From an uncultured Rhabdochlamydiaceae bacterium (GTDB taxonomy: Bacteria; Chlamydiota; Chlamydiia; Chlamydiales; Rhabdochlamydiaceae): a DNA stretch of 64,000 bases. Positions 50,418 through 60,197 of the stretch are shown here, in pieces; positions within the stretch are counted from its first letter, which is position 1, and every line of letters begins with the position of its first letter. Under the pieces are notes generated by a model that was given only the letters and a program-made list of their open reading frames with translations, had not been told where the DNA came from and searched no databases. The position numbers and the translations under genes were made by a program. The stretch covers positions 256,001-320,000 of the forward strand of contig CAVQHD010000001.1 of NCBI GenBank assembly GCA_963712275.1. Direction: 5' to 3'.

Positions 50418-50586
50418 GCGCCGCTTATAATACAAGTATAAGCGGCGCTTACTTCCGTTTTTATTATTTTTTATGTAAAAAGTTTTTTAATTATTACCAT
50501 AACTTGCTTAGGATTAGAATGATCAGAAATAAATCCGTTTTGTGAGCACGCGCCGCTTATAACGCCTACATAAGCGGCGCGTGCTC
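50418..50586. repeat. Pair of 11-9-11 dyads
   Basis: GCGCCGCTTAT-N9-ATAAGCGGCGC at 50418-50448 and 50550-50580. Confidence 0.8.
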
Positions 50587-51495
50587 TCAACCCTTAGGAA
50601 ACGGAATCACCTTCAGATCGTCTGCCACGACAGTTGTTGGGAAAATCGCTCGGGCTTCTTGCTCAAATCCATTCAGCTCTTGATAACGGGCGGAGAAATG
50701 AGTGAGAACAAGAAGCTGGACGCCGGCTTTCTTGGCAAGGGTTGCAGCCTGCTGCGCTGTCATATGTCGGTACTCTCGTGCAAGCTGGTGGTGTTCTTGG
50801 AGATAGGTGCTCTCGCAAAGAAAGAGCGTAGCACCCTTTGCGGCTTCCAGCACGCCAGGACATGGAAGTGTATCGATGACGATGGCAAAAACATCCCCTT
50901 TGCGGAAATGGCTCACGTCATCTAAGACAACTTTTTTTCCGTTGATGAGAAGGTGTCCTTCTGCTTCAAGCTGCCGAACAAGAGGGCCTTCAACTCCAAA
51001 TGCTTTCAGTTTTTCTCTATCAAATTTTCGAACATCTTTCTCAATGATCCGATAGGCCCAATTTTCGACTCCATGCTCAAGCGGGTAGGCTTCGATGCGG
51101 AAGGTATCGTCTTCATCAACAAGACCGGGATGATGAACGGGATGGGTGATCACTTGAATGTTCTCATGATAGATCGTTCCGTACCGAAGCCGATCAAAAT
51201 AGATTTGCCCACTAGCGGGATAGTAACAATGAATCGGATGAGCGACTTTATCTAAATTCAGACGCATCAACATCGACCCTAATCCCAGACAGTGGTCTCC
51301 ATGAAAATGGCTGATCAGAAGATGTGTAACCGTGGGAGGAGCAATTTTTGCAAAGATAAATTGCCGCTGCGTTCCTTCCCCGGGATCAAAAAGAAATCCT
51401 CGCTCATTCCAACGAACCAGATAGGCCCCTTGATTGCGGCGACGCGTCGGCTGCTGGCTGGAGCATCCTAAAATGGTTAAATCTTTTGGCGTCAC
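50587..51495 (-). CDS. rnz: Ribonuclease Z
   Basis: [29 protein letters not shown]; probable GTG start. Confidence 0.95.
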   Translation of the reverse strand: MTPKDLTILGCSSQQPTRRRNQGAYLVRWNERGFLFDPGEGTQRQFIFAKIAPPTVTHLLISHFHGDHCLGLGSMLMRLNLDKVAHPIHCYYPASGQIYFDRLRYGTIYHENIQVITHPVHHPGLVDEDDTFRIEAYPLEHGVENWAYRIIEKDVRKFDREKLKAFGVEGPLVRQLEAEGHLLINGKKVVLDDVSHFRKGDVFAIVIDTLPCPGVLEAAKGATLFLCESTYLQEHHQLAREYRHMTAQQAATLAKKAGVQLLVLTHFSARYQELNGFEQEARAIFPTTVVADDLKVIPFPKG

Positions 51496-51499
51496 TTCC

Positions 51500-52606
51500 T
51501 CATCTCCTAGCAAACCATGAAAGACGGCCTAAAACAACCCCAAAAAATCCCCCAATCACGTGGGCCGTATTCGCAATGTTCGCATAGACTTCAGTCACAT
51601 GGAAGTACTGGAGCGCCATTGAAATGATCTCTAGTACAAGCATGGCAGCTACAAAAACAGCGATAAAAACGACGACAGACCGTTGAAGAGGATACCCTTC
51701 CCAAGGAGCGATTTTCTGCCTTGTCCAAATAAACCCGACAAGCCCCGTGATAATCCCTGAATACCCAAGAAAAATAGGACCGCTGACAAGATATTGGAAT
51801 ACATTTCCCATGACTCCCAATAAGAGGCTTAAAAAAAGGTATCTAAACCGTCCAATCCTTTCTTCGACTTGCCGCCCTAAAAGATAGAGCCATGCCATAT
51901 TAAACAGAATATGAAGCCACCCGCCATGGAGAAACACAGGTGTGATCAGGCGCCAAAACTCACCTTCGCGGATTTTGCCAAATAAAGTTCCTGAGGGAAG
52001 TTTTTCATATAACGTCCAATTTCGCGTGACAAGGATATCCGCGACTCCCTTCCATGTCGGAGCCTCTTTGATTTTTGTAAAACAAGCGGCCCCCTCTCCA
52101 GAAAGGTGCTTAAGATCATCCGGAGTCTTAATTTGATACTGCTCAAAAAATTGCTCAAAATAGGTGAGATAGGCGGGATAGTCGAATAAGAGCTGTTTTT
52201 GAATGGGGACAAGCTCGTACTCAAGAGCTACAACTCCCTGCGTTTGTTCCATTTGCGCCATTTGAAATAAACCCCAAAGAAAGAGAAAGCCGCAGACAGC
52301 AATGATGAGATGGGTCACCGAAAACGGGGCTCTCACTTGAGAAAAGTCAGAGCGCACTTTCCAAGGAGAGTGGTGCTCTTTATGCAGAGGCTGATTTTCA
52401 AAAGGGACTTGAAACTGAGCAGCAGCAGGATTTTGCTTCCACTGTTCATAAAAAGTATAAGCCGTACTAAAGTCATCTTCTTCAACCACCCAAAGCCGGT
52501 AGACGTTCTCTGCCGGCTCATAAAAACTTTTAATGCCGTGATTTTGCAAAAAGGTTTGCAGCCCAAAAGCCTCTTTTTCGCTCTGAAACTCTCCAATTAA
52601 CCGCAT
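51500..52606 (-). CDS. Rhomboid-family intramembrane serine protease (GlpG-like)
   Basis: [25 protein letters not shown]. Confidence 0.92.
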   Translation of the reverse strand: MRLIGEFQSEKEAFGLQTFLQNHGIKSFYEPAENVYRLWVVEEDDFSTAYTFYEQWKQNPAAAQFQVPFENQPLHKEHHSPWKVRSDFSQVRAPFSVTHLIIAVCGFLFLWGLFQMAQMEQTQGVVALEYELVPIQKQLLFDYPAYLTYFEQFFEQYQIKTPDDLKHLSGEGAACFTKIKEAPTWKGVADILVTRNWTLYEKLPSGTLFGKIREGEFWRLITPVFLHGGWLHILFNMAWLYLLGRQVEERIGRFRYLFLSLLLGVMGNVFQYLVSGPIFLGYSGIITGLVGFIWTRQKIAPWEGYPLQRSVVVFIAVFVAAMLVLEIISMALQYFHVTEVYANIANTAHVIGGFFGVVLGRLSWFARR

Positions 52607-53121
52607 GTCGTTAAAATCTTTTTAATTAGGTTTGATGTCGAAAGGCCTGCGATCAGAGGCACAATATGGATCCTTCCCCCATGACTTTTAACCACGTCTG
52701 CCTCAATGCAATTAGCCCCATATTCCGACCCATTTACATGAACATCAGGGCAAATAATCTCCAAAACGGTTCTAGGATCTGTCTCATTGAAGCACGAGAC
52801 ATAAGCCACAAACCCTAGAGCTGCCATCATCTGGAGCCGATAGGAAAGGGGCACAATGGGCCTCTTAGGACTTTTATATTTCTGAATCGACTCATCGGTA
52901 TTCAAAAGCACAATGAGAAGGTCTGCTTGACGAGAGGCTTCATAGATCATATGAAGATGCCCCGCGTGGAGAAGGTCGAAGGATCCATTCAATGTTGCGA
53001 TTGTTTCTCCTTTTTTTTTAAGCGACTGGGTTTTCTCAGCAAGATGTAAAGGATCGATCCATTTTGTCTGGAAATACTCTTCAAAGCTGTTTGGGAAAGA
53101 CAATGCGACGTACCTCATCAT
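52597..53121 (-). CDS. Cytidylyltransferase-family protein (RfaE/HldE domain II-like)
   Basis: NGSFDLLHAGH, KRPIV, GLSTSNLI; start uncertain, overlaps the lon 3' end. Confidence 0.85.
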   Translation of the reverse strand: MMRYVALSFPNSFEEYFQTKWIDPLHLAEKTQSLKKKGETIATLNGSFDLLHAGHLHMIYEASRQADLLIVLLNTDESIQKYKSPKRPIVPLSYRLQMMAALGFVAYVSCFNETDPRTVLEIICPDVHVNGSEYGANCIEADVVKSHGGRIHIVPLIAGLSTSNLIKKILTTCG

Positions 53122-55537
53122 AGTGGCTAACAAAATGAACTTCGAACCCTTTTTTAATATAGGGAGGAAGTTCATCAAAATCACGTTTATTCTCTTTTGG
53201 GAAAATTAATATTGCGACCTTGGACCGTTTTGCGGCAATCACCTTTTCTTTGACACCTCCAATCGGAAGAACCATCCCTGTCAATGTGATCTCTCCGGTC
53301 ATCGCAACATCTTTACGCACGGGCTCTTGCAAAAGCAAAGAGAGCAGCGCTGTCGACATAGTGATCCCTGCAGAAGGGCCGTCTTTAGGCGTTGCGCCTT
53401 CAGGGATATGCATATGCACTTGTTTTTTTTCAAAAAACGGCTTTCCAGGAGCATATTTTTCATGCCGGCTTTGCAAAAAACTCCAGGCAATTTGGGAAGA
53501 CTCTTTCATCACATCTCCCGCTTGTCCTGTCAGTTTCATCTCTGTTTTTTCAGCCGGGAAAAATGTTGTCTCAACGTAAAGTGTAGCACCTCCGAGCGAT
53601 GTCCAGGCAAGCCCCATGCAAACCCCAATGGGAGTTGTCGGATAGAATCGATCGCTTGTAAAAATCGGCTTGCCTAAATATTTCTCAAGCTTTTTTTCTG
53701 TGATATGGTGTTCTTGTAAGGCCTTCTTTTTCTTAGAGCTCTCTTCTGCTTTGACCACTTGGACAGCGACCTTTCGAAGCACTTTCTTAATCGAGTTTTC
53801 AAAAGTTCGAACACCTGCCTCACGCGCATAACCGTTAATCATTTGCTTAAGGGCACCTACGCTAAAATCGACATCTTGCGCTTTGAGCCCCATCGCCTTT
53901 CGATTGCGAGGAATCAGATAGTGCTGGGCAATTTTCACCTTCTCTTCCATGATATAACCCGATAGCCGGAGCACGTCCATCCTGTCTTTAAGCGGCTCTG
54001 GGATAGTATCCAAGACGTTGGCTGTAATCAGAAACAGAATATGGGATAAATCGCACCGGACATCGAGATAGTGGTCGAGAAAATCTTTGTTCTGCTCTGG
54101 GTCGAGCACTTCTAGAAGCGCCGAAGCGGGGTCGCCTTGATAACTGATACCCAGCTTATCGACTTCATCGAGCATAATCACAGGATTCATGGTCTGGGTA
54201 AACTTTAACGCCTGAACAATCTTTCCCGGCATCGACCCGATATAAGTTCTCCGATGCCCTTTGATTTCAGCCTCATCCCGCATCCCACCGACCGAAAATC
54301 GATAAAATTGTCGATTTAAGGCCCTGGCAATGCTTTTCCCAATGCTTGTTTTTCCAACGCCTGGAGGACCTACAAGGCAAATAATGCTCCCCTTGACACC
54401 CCCAGACAGTTTTCCGACGCTGATAAACTCTAAGATCCGCTGTTTGATATCCTCGAGTCCATAATGGTCTTCTTCGAGAATCTGCTTTGCTTTCTTGAGA
54501 TCGTGCGTCTCATTCGTATGAATCCCCCAGGGAACAATCGTTAGCCAATCGAGATAATTTCGACAGACAGCATACTCTGCAGACTGAATTTCAAGAACAG
54601 ATAGCTTGTCCATTTCTTCTTTAATGACAGTCATTACATCTGCAGGAACAACCCGTTTTTTAAGGCGAGTCTCAAACTTCTCTAGATCAATAGACCGATC
54701 CTCACGCTCAATTCCAAGCTCCTTCTTAATTGTTTTGAGCTGTTCTCGTAAAAAGAAATCCCGTTGGGATTTGGTGATCGTTTGTTCCATTTTTTGAGTA
54801 ATGGAACTTTGCAGCTTGCTTAAATCGAGCTCTTTCTTCAGAAGGACAAGCGCCTTATCGATCCGTTTATGCAAATCAAATGTCTCAAGCACTTCCTGGA
54901 GCTCTTCACGCCCCGCTGTTGTGAGAGCAACGGCAAAATCAGCAAGCTTTCCAGGCTCTGTAAAATCAGAGTGAGATAAGAAAATTTGAAGCTCTTCTTT
55001 AAAGAGCGGATTGAGCTTGAGTAGTTCCTTGATCGTCGTAATAATGCTGATGGAATAGGCTTTCAGCTCTTTTGTCAGTTTATCGGAAATATCCTCGTGA
55101 TATTTCACCTGTGCCCGCAAGTATTTTGACTTCACAGGTTTTGTTATCTCAAGTCTTTTTTCCATGTTGAGCACAACTTGGGCTCCACCCTGCTCCATTG
55201 GAATAATGCGTAAAATACGTGCAAGAACACCAACAGTATAGAGATCATCGAAGCCAATTTTATAAATGTCGACCTCTTCCTGTTTTGTGAGGAAAAGACC
55301 CATGCATTTGTGCTCTGTCTTAGCAACTAACTTGAGAACCTCATAAAAAGCGCCCGGCTCAATGACAACAGGCGCAGCCATGCCAGGGAAAAAAGGGCGC
55401 CGTGTTAAAGGAATCACAAAGACTTGATCTGGACCTGGAGATGATACAATGGCATCTTGCGTTGATCCAAGAGATTCTTTCACCGCATCAACGACGGCTT
55501 CTTCCTCGGCTAGCAGTTCATTTTCATCATCGTTCAT
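53081..55537 (-). CDS. lon: ATP-dependent protease Lon
   Basis: GPPGVGKTS, GHRRTYIG, PKDGPSAG, IGGVKEK. Confidence 0.98.
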   Translation of the reverse strand: MNDDENELLAEEEAVVDAVKESLGSTQDAIVSSPGPDQVFVIPLTRRPFFPGMAAPVVIEPGAFYEVLKLVAKTEHKCMGLFLTKQEEVDIYKIGFDDLYTVGVLARILRIIPMEQGGAQVVLNMEKRLEITKPVKSKYLRAQVKYHEDISDKLTKELKAYSISIITTIKELLKLNPLFKEELQIFLSHSDFTEPGKLADFAVALTTAGREELQEVLETFDLHKRIDKALVLLKKELDLSKLQSSITQKMEQTITKSQRDFFLREQLKTIKKELGIEREDRSIDLEKFETRLKKRVVPADVMTVIKEEMDKLSVLEIQSAEYAVCRNYLDWLTIVPWGIHTNETHDLKKAKQILEEDHYGLEDIKQRILEFISVGKLSGGVKGSIICLVGPPGVGKTSIGKSIARALNRQFYRFSVGGMRDEAEIKGHRRTYIGSMPGKIVQALKFTQTMNPVIMLDEVDKLGISYQGDPASALLEVLDPEQNKDFLDHYLDVRCDLSHILFLITANVLDTIPEPLKDRMDVLRLSGYIMEEKVKIAQHYLIPRNRKAMGLKAQDVDFSVGALKQMINGYAREAGVRTFENSIKKVLRKVAVQVVKAEESSKKKKALQEHHITEKKLEKYLGKPIFTSDRFYPTTPIGVCMGLAWTSLGGATLYVETTFFPAEKTEMKLTGQAGDVMKESSQIAWSFLQSRHEKYAPGKPFFEKKQVHMHIPEGATPKDGPSAGITMSTALLSLLLQEPVRKDVAMTGEITLTGMVLPIGGVKEKVIAAKRSKVAILIFPKENKRDFDELPPYIKKGFEVHFVSHYDEVRRIVFPKQL

Positions 55538-55602
55538 CAGTATTCCTTAAATATTTCGAGTTTTACAGGTTCGGCTCCGACCTGTCAAGCAACGAGAACT
55601 AA

Positions 55603-55613
55603 GAGACAGTCTC
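55603..55613. repeat. Collapsed family-A-type element (termini only)
   Basis: TAA|GAGACAGTCTC|TAA, matching the ends of 47975-48144. Confidence 0.55.
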
Positions 55614-55616
55614 TAA

Positions 55617-55786
55617 GAAGCTGTCTTAAAACTCAGTTTCTGTCGATTTTTGGGGCTTTTTGAGCCAATTTTCGCTTTATTTGGTGGGAGTAATATCAAC
55701 TTTCGTATATTACCCCCACCAAATAAAGCGAAAATTGGCCAAAAATCCTCCAAAAATCGACGAAACCTGAGTTTTAAGACAGCTTC
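55617..55786. mobile_element. 170-bp palindromic MITE (family A) with TAA target duplication
   Basis: TAA|GAAGCTGTCTTAAAACTCAG...CTGAGTTTTAAGACAGCTTC|TAA. Confidence 0.88.
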
Positions 55787-55834
55787 TAAAGAAATGTACC
55801 AATTCTCTACAAATATCGCAATCTAAGCTATAAT

Positions 55835-56251
55835 ATGTCCATGACAGCTCTAATGATTGATACTTCTGGACCTGAAGGATATCTCGCCATTGCCTTTCAG
55901 GGGCAGCTCGTGCACACTCTGATTCTCCCCCAAAATCGGCAATTTTCAAAGATTTTATTTCCGTCTATCCTCTCTCTTCTGGAAAAAAGTGGCCTTCAAA
56001 AACCCGATTTCATTGCTGTGGGAAAGGGGCCCGGCACTTTTACGGGGACTCGGGTTGGAGCCATCACCGCAGAGGCCCTCTCCTATGGATGGCAAATCCC
56101 GCTCATCCCCTTCTGCTCTTCAGAGCTTCCCCATCTCCATCAAATTGCCCAAAACACCTATGAAAAATATCTTAATAATGAAGCCAATGCTCACATTGAA
56201 CTTGCCTATAGAGAGAATTGCAAAAAATTCCTAATTGTTTCTGGAAAATAG
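55835..56251 (+). CDS. tsaB: tRNA t6A biosynthesis protein TsaB (short form)
   Basis: LMIDTS, IAVGKGPGTFTGTRVG. Confidence 0.85.
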   Translation: MSMTALMIDTSGPEGYLAIAFQGQLVHTLILPQNRQFSKILFPSILSLLEKSGLQKPDFIAVGKGPGTFTGTRVGAITAEALSYGWQIPLIPFCSSELPHLHQIAQNTYEKYLNNEANAHIELAYRENCKKFLIVSGK

Positions 56252-56913
56252 GAAGATATCGTTTGGTCATAAGTCTCAATGATATTGCCATTTTCCATGA
56301 GAAAGGCTCGATCGAGAATTTTACTTGCAAAAGCGGTGTCTTGAGTAGAAATGACAAGCCCTTTTCCAGCAGCTTGAAGAGAAAGGAGAATTTGAATTAG
56401 CAATTCTGTATTTTGTGGATCAAGAGCAGACGTTGGTTCATCTAAAAGAAGAAACGTAGGGCTTAAAAGAAGAGCTCTGGCGATAGCAACGCGCTGCTGC
56501 TGACCTCCAGAGAGCTCAGAGGGTTTTGAGTCGATATAAGGGAGCATATCTAGGGATTGGAGCATTTGCTCAATTGCTGGAAGAAGTTTTTTGAGCGGTT
56601 TTGAGGTGAAAAGCTCCAGTGGTTTTGCGCAGTTATTTAGAACTGTCATATGTGGAAAGAGCGCGTAGTTTTGAGCGACATAACCAATGATTTGTGATCG
56701 CTTAGAAGATGTATACCTTATGAGGTTTTGGCTTTCATAGGAAATTTCTCCTTGATACTTCGACTCAAGATGGGCAAGACATCTTAAAAGAGAAGTCTTT
56801 CCACATCCACTTTTTCCAAAAAGAAGTGTGATACGTCCCTTGGGAATTTCGAAGGAAAGGTTACTCAGAATAGCTTTGTTTTTTTGAAGAGATAGATTTT
56901 TGATCGTTAACAT
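56206..56913 (-). CDS. Polar amino-acid ABC transporter ATP-binding subunit
   Basis: GKSGCGKT, LSGGQQQRVAIARAL, LLDEPTSALDP. Confidence 0.92.
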   Translation of the reverse strand: MLTIKNLSLQKNKAILSNLSFEIPKGRITLLFGKSGCGKTSLLRCLAHLESKYQGEISYESQNLIRYTSSKRSQIIGYVAQNYALFPHMTVLNNCAKPLELFTSKPLKKLLPAIEQMLQSLDMLPYIDSKPSELSGGQQQRVAIARALLLSPTFLLLDEPTSALDPQNTELLIQILLSLQAAGKGLVISTQDTAFASKILDRAFLMENGNIIETYDQTISSYFPETIRNFLQFSL

Positions 56914-57563
56914 ATGATTTTCCTTTCTAATTGGCGCGTGATGCATCTGAGAAAAGCCGACATACACACATAAAAAACAGCAATAGTCAGATAAATAGGA
57001 ACAGGCTCCATCTCGCGAGAGACGATATTCATGCCCATACGAGTTAGCTCAAGCATCCCGATAGAGGAAACAATAGCAGTACTTTTGAGAAGGGAATCAA
57101 GTTCATTGTTGAGAGGTCCTAAAATCAGCTTGAGCGCTTGCGGTAAAATGACATAGCGTAAAGTTTGTCCTATTGTAAATCCAAGTGCAGAGGCAGTTTC
57201 CCATTGCGCCGCAGGGATAGAGTTGATCCCTGATCGGACAATTTGGGCAACATACCCAGAAGAGCACATACCAAGAGCTATGACAGATGCGGCAAAGAGC
57301 TGAAGATTAAAGCCGAGAAGATCTGGAAGAACAAAATAGACAATGAGCAGTTGCACAAAAAAAGGAACTGATCGAAAAACAAACGTAATTGTTTCAATAC
57401 AAGAAGAAAGAAAGGGAATTTTGAGTCTAGAGCTACAAAGAACGCCAAAAATACTCCCAATAGAAAAGCTTACCACCGCAGAAAAGAGGAGCACCTGAAG
57501 TGTCATCAGGGCTCCTTTGCAAAGCAGGGGTATTGAGCGAAAAACCAGTTCTAAAGCGTTCAT
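56907..57563 (-). CDS. Polar amino-acid ABC transporter permease
   Basis: FRSVPFFVQL, GYVAQIVRSGINSIP..QWE, VILPQA. Confidence 0.92.
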   Translation of the reverse strand: MNALELVFRSIPLLCKGALMTLQVLLFSAVVSFSIGSIFGVLCSSRLKIPFLSSCIETITFVFRSVPFFVQLLIVYFVLPDLLGFNLQLFAASVIALGMCSSGYVAQIVRSGINSIPAAQWETASALGFTIGQTLRYVILPQALKLILGPLNNELDSLLKSTAIVSSIGMLELTRMGMNIVSREMEPVPIYLTIAVFYVCMSAFLRCITRQLERKIIC

Positions 57564-57756
57564 GGAGAGTCTATCCCCCATTTTTTCTCAAGTTCTGCGA
57601 TTTTTCCCTCATTTTTGAGCTGAGCAATTGCATTCTTCACCTGTTCTGCAAGTTCTTGATTTTTCTTGGCAATGCAGATCCCATTTCCTAGGGCTTGCTT
57701 ATCTACAGGGATAGGAAGCCTTAGGACTTTGATCTCTGGATATTGCATCTCAACCC

Positions 57757-59071
57757 CAGGGCCTTCTGATGAAAAAGTTTTGACAGTCGCGTAAAATTTT
57801 CTTGGCTATAAATCAAAGTCTTTTGTTTTCATCTCTCCGATATAGGAGAGTGAATATGCCCAGTCGAAAAACCAGAGACCCACGATTTTCTGAACTAAAA
57901 CAAGACATTGATATAGAACAATTTGCAGGCTCCGTCCAAGGAGCTTTCCCAGATACGGATGACCCAAGGCAGCTTTCCAAGATCCAATACCCGTTTTGGT
58001 TTTTGATGTTGGTCATTCTTAGCGGATATCTCAGTGGAGCTGATACTGTGGCCGATCTTGCCGTCTATGCCGAGCTCAATATTGAATGGATCAACAAGTC
58101 AGTCAATCGGACTTTCCCAGCGCCCTCCTATGATACACTCTGGTGGCTTCTTGCAAGGTTATCCCCAGGGGTTTTTAAGCAATTGCTAAAAAAGTGGTTT
58201 GCGAACATTCCTCAGCAATTACAAGACCAACTACTTGTCATCGACGGCAAACGTCTGAAGGGGGTCTCTACGACAGACAGTCTCGTTCACCTTGTCGAGT
58301 TATTTGCAGCCGAACAAAGGCTTGTACTGGCCCAGGAAAAAGTGCCAGATAAGTCGTCAGAGCCAAGAGTAATTGATGCTTTGTTGAAAGACGTAGATGT
58401 AAATGGCGCCCTGATCTCGACAGATGCCCTTTTTGCTCATGTTGCAAGTGCACAAAAGTTTTTAAATCATGGAGCTGATTATCTGATTGGACTCAAGGGA
58501 AACCAGGGGAATTTCCATGCTGAAGCACAGAATTTTTTCGATCAGGCTCGAGAAGCCGAATATGAAGAAGTCGAAGTGGAAAGGTATCTTCCTTCTCCAG
58601 AAAAAGGTCACGGTAGAATCGAACAACGATCGATATGCGTATGTACAGTATTGGACTGGTTGCCGCAAACGGCAACCTGGCCTGCCTTAAAGGCCATCGT
58701 TGAAGTAGTCTCTGAAAGGGAGATAAATAGTAAAAAGACTTCCGAAATCCGATATTACTTCTCAAGCCGAAAAGGCACCGCAAAGGAATTTGCAGGATGG
58801 ACCCGAGGTCATTGGTCAATTGAAAATCCTTTGCATTGGGTCTTGGATGTAATCTTCAAGGAAGACGATGCTCAAGCAAAAGCTGGGTTCATAGCTGAAA
58901 ACATGGCTTTTTTTAGGCGTCTTTCTATGAATATAATCAAAGCAATAGACCCCGACCGAGGATTCTCTACTGCTCGAAAATGTTGCACTTATGAGCCGAA
59001 ATATCTCAGAGGAATTTTAGGCAAGATATTTGTGAGGTAATCTGTCAAAACTTTTTCATCAGAAGGCCCTG
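57757..59071 (+). mobile_element. ISAs1-family insertion sequence, copy 2
   Basis: Same TIRs and transposase as 24671-25985; 10-bp target duplication ATCTCAACCC. Confidence 0.96.
57856..59040 (+). CDS. ISAs1-family transposase
   Basis: Translation identical to copy 1 in the ORF track. Confidence 0.95.
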   Translation: MPSRKTRDPRFSELKQDIDIEQFAGSVQGAFPDTDDPRQLSKIQYPFWFLMLVILSGYLSGADTVADLAVYAELNIEWINKSVNRTFPAPSYDTLWWLLARLSPGVFKQLLKKWFANIPQQLQDQLLVIDGKRLKGVSTTDSLVHLVELFAAEQRLVLAQEKVPDKSSEPRVIDALLKDVDVNGALISTDALFAHVASAQKFLNHGADYLIGLKGNQGNFHAEAQNFFDQAREAEYEEVEVERYLPSPEKGHGRIEQRSICVCTVLDWLPQTATWPALKAIVEVVSEREINSKKTSEIRYYFSSRKGTAKEFAGWTRGHWSIENPLHWVLDVIFKEDDAQAKAGFIAENMAFFRRLSMNIIKAIDPDRGFSTARKCCTYEPKYLRGILGKIFVR

Positions 59072-59692
59072 ATCTCAACCCGCTTGACAAGAGAAGGATC
59101 GATTGCAGCAGAAGATACCTTTCCGTATTTCAGCTCAAAGATAACATCTGTGATTTTTTCAACATTTTTAAACTTAAGGAGTGGAGAGCTTTTGACAACA
59201 GCCTCTTGAAAAGAGCCAGCTTCCACACAAACAGCCTTTTGAAGATTGCTCCCAAGATTTTCAAGCGTACTGACATTTGCAGGAGCTTCTTTCCAAAAAA
59301 GAAAAGGCATTGTTGTAACAGGCTCGCCTTGATAGTGAATCATTTCCATGGTTTTCTTTCGGTCGTCGGTAATGGAAATTGCCCAGATTAAGGCATCAAC
59401 TTTATCTTGCTTTAAAGCAAGCATAAGGCTTGGCATGCTGCCAAAGTCTTTGATCACAAGCTTTTTTCCAAGTTTTTGAGCAAGTAAGTTTGCTAAATCA
59501 ATATCGAACCCTTCATAGTCCCCCTTTTCATTAAGAGAGACAAAAGGAGCATAGCCACTTGTTGTACCAATTATAAAAGGCTCTTCTGCAAACAACATGG
59601 AAATTGCACATAAAAATGCAAATAAACATTTTTTCATATAAAAACTCCAAAAGTAATTTAAAAAATTAAAAAACGTGAATTCTAATTAAAAA

Positions 59693-59770
59693 TTAGATTC
59701 GATGGAAGGAATGATGGAAATGGCAAGATGAGATAGAAAAGTTCACAGATTTTGTAAAACATTTTTTCAT
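59693..59770 (-). CDS. Candidate His-rich leader peptide (25 aa)
   Basis: AGAGGT ribosome-binding site, then MKKCFTKSVNFSISSCHFHHSFHRI*, ending 55 nt before the binding-protein start. Confidence 0.5.
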   Translation of the reverse strand: MKKCFTKSVNFSISSCHFHHSFHRI

Positions 59771-59947
59771 ATATACCTCTTTGCCTCTCATGGACAATGA
59801 TAGGCGTCATTTTAGCAAAGGAGAGGTTTTAGTGCAATCTCTATAATTGAGCTTGTCTATATTTCCTCGACAACTTAAGATTGCTTTTCATTCTAAGAAG
59901 GTGTTTGCAAACACCCTTCTTAAACTAAAAAAGGAGTATTGGTTGGC

Positions 59948-60142
59948 ATGACGAGTGTAAAGGTGCGCCCTGGTGAGCCTATCGACAAAGCGATGAGAGC
60001 TCTAAAGAAAAAAGTTGATCGAGAAGGTGTTCTAAAAGCGGCAAAAGCGCACCGTTTCTATGACAAACCCTCTGTTAAAAGGCGAGCTAAAGCAAAAGCT
60101 GCTCTCAAGTATAAGAAAGTCAAGTCATTCAACAAATTTTAG
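59948..60142 (+). CDS. rpsU: 30S ribosomal protein S21
   Basis: [19 protein letters not shown]...FYDKPS. Confidence 0.95.
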   Translation: MTSVKVRPGEPIDKAMRALKKKVDREGVLKAAKAHRFYDKPSVKRRAKAKAALKYKKVKSFNKF

Positions 60143-60165
60143 CACTGCAAGATGGTGTTTGCTAA
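60139..60165. promoter_or_regulatory. CIRCE-like (HrcA) operator upstream of dnaJ
   Basis: TTAGCACTG-N9-GTTTGCTAA versus consensus TTAGCACTC-N9-GAGTGCTAA (15/18). Confidence 0.55.
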
Positions 60166-60197
60166 AAATCAACCTCTCCGATTAAAATGGTGCTGCT

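Larger units (their letters stand above)
57560..59637 (-). pseudogene. Amino-acid ABC substrate-binding protein (about 250 aa reconstructed) split by ISAs1
   Basis: GYAPF...GFDIDL, AISITDDRK; removing the IS and one target copy restores ...KRVE-MQYPEIK...LEKKWG in frame. Confidence 0.92.

Noticed and set aside
59812..59838. Second CIRCE-like sequence upstream of rpsU
   Set aside because: Only about 12/18 consensus matches, compatible with chance.
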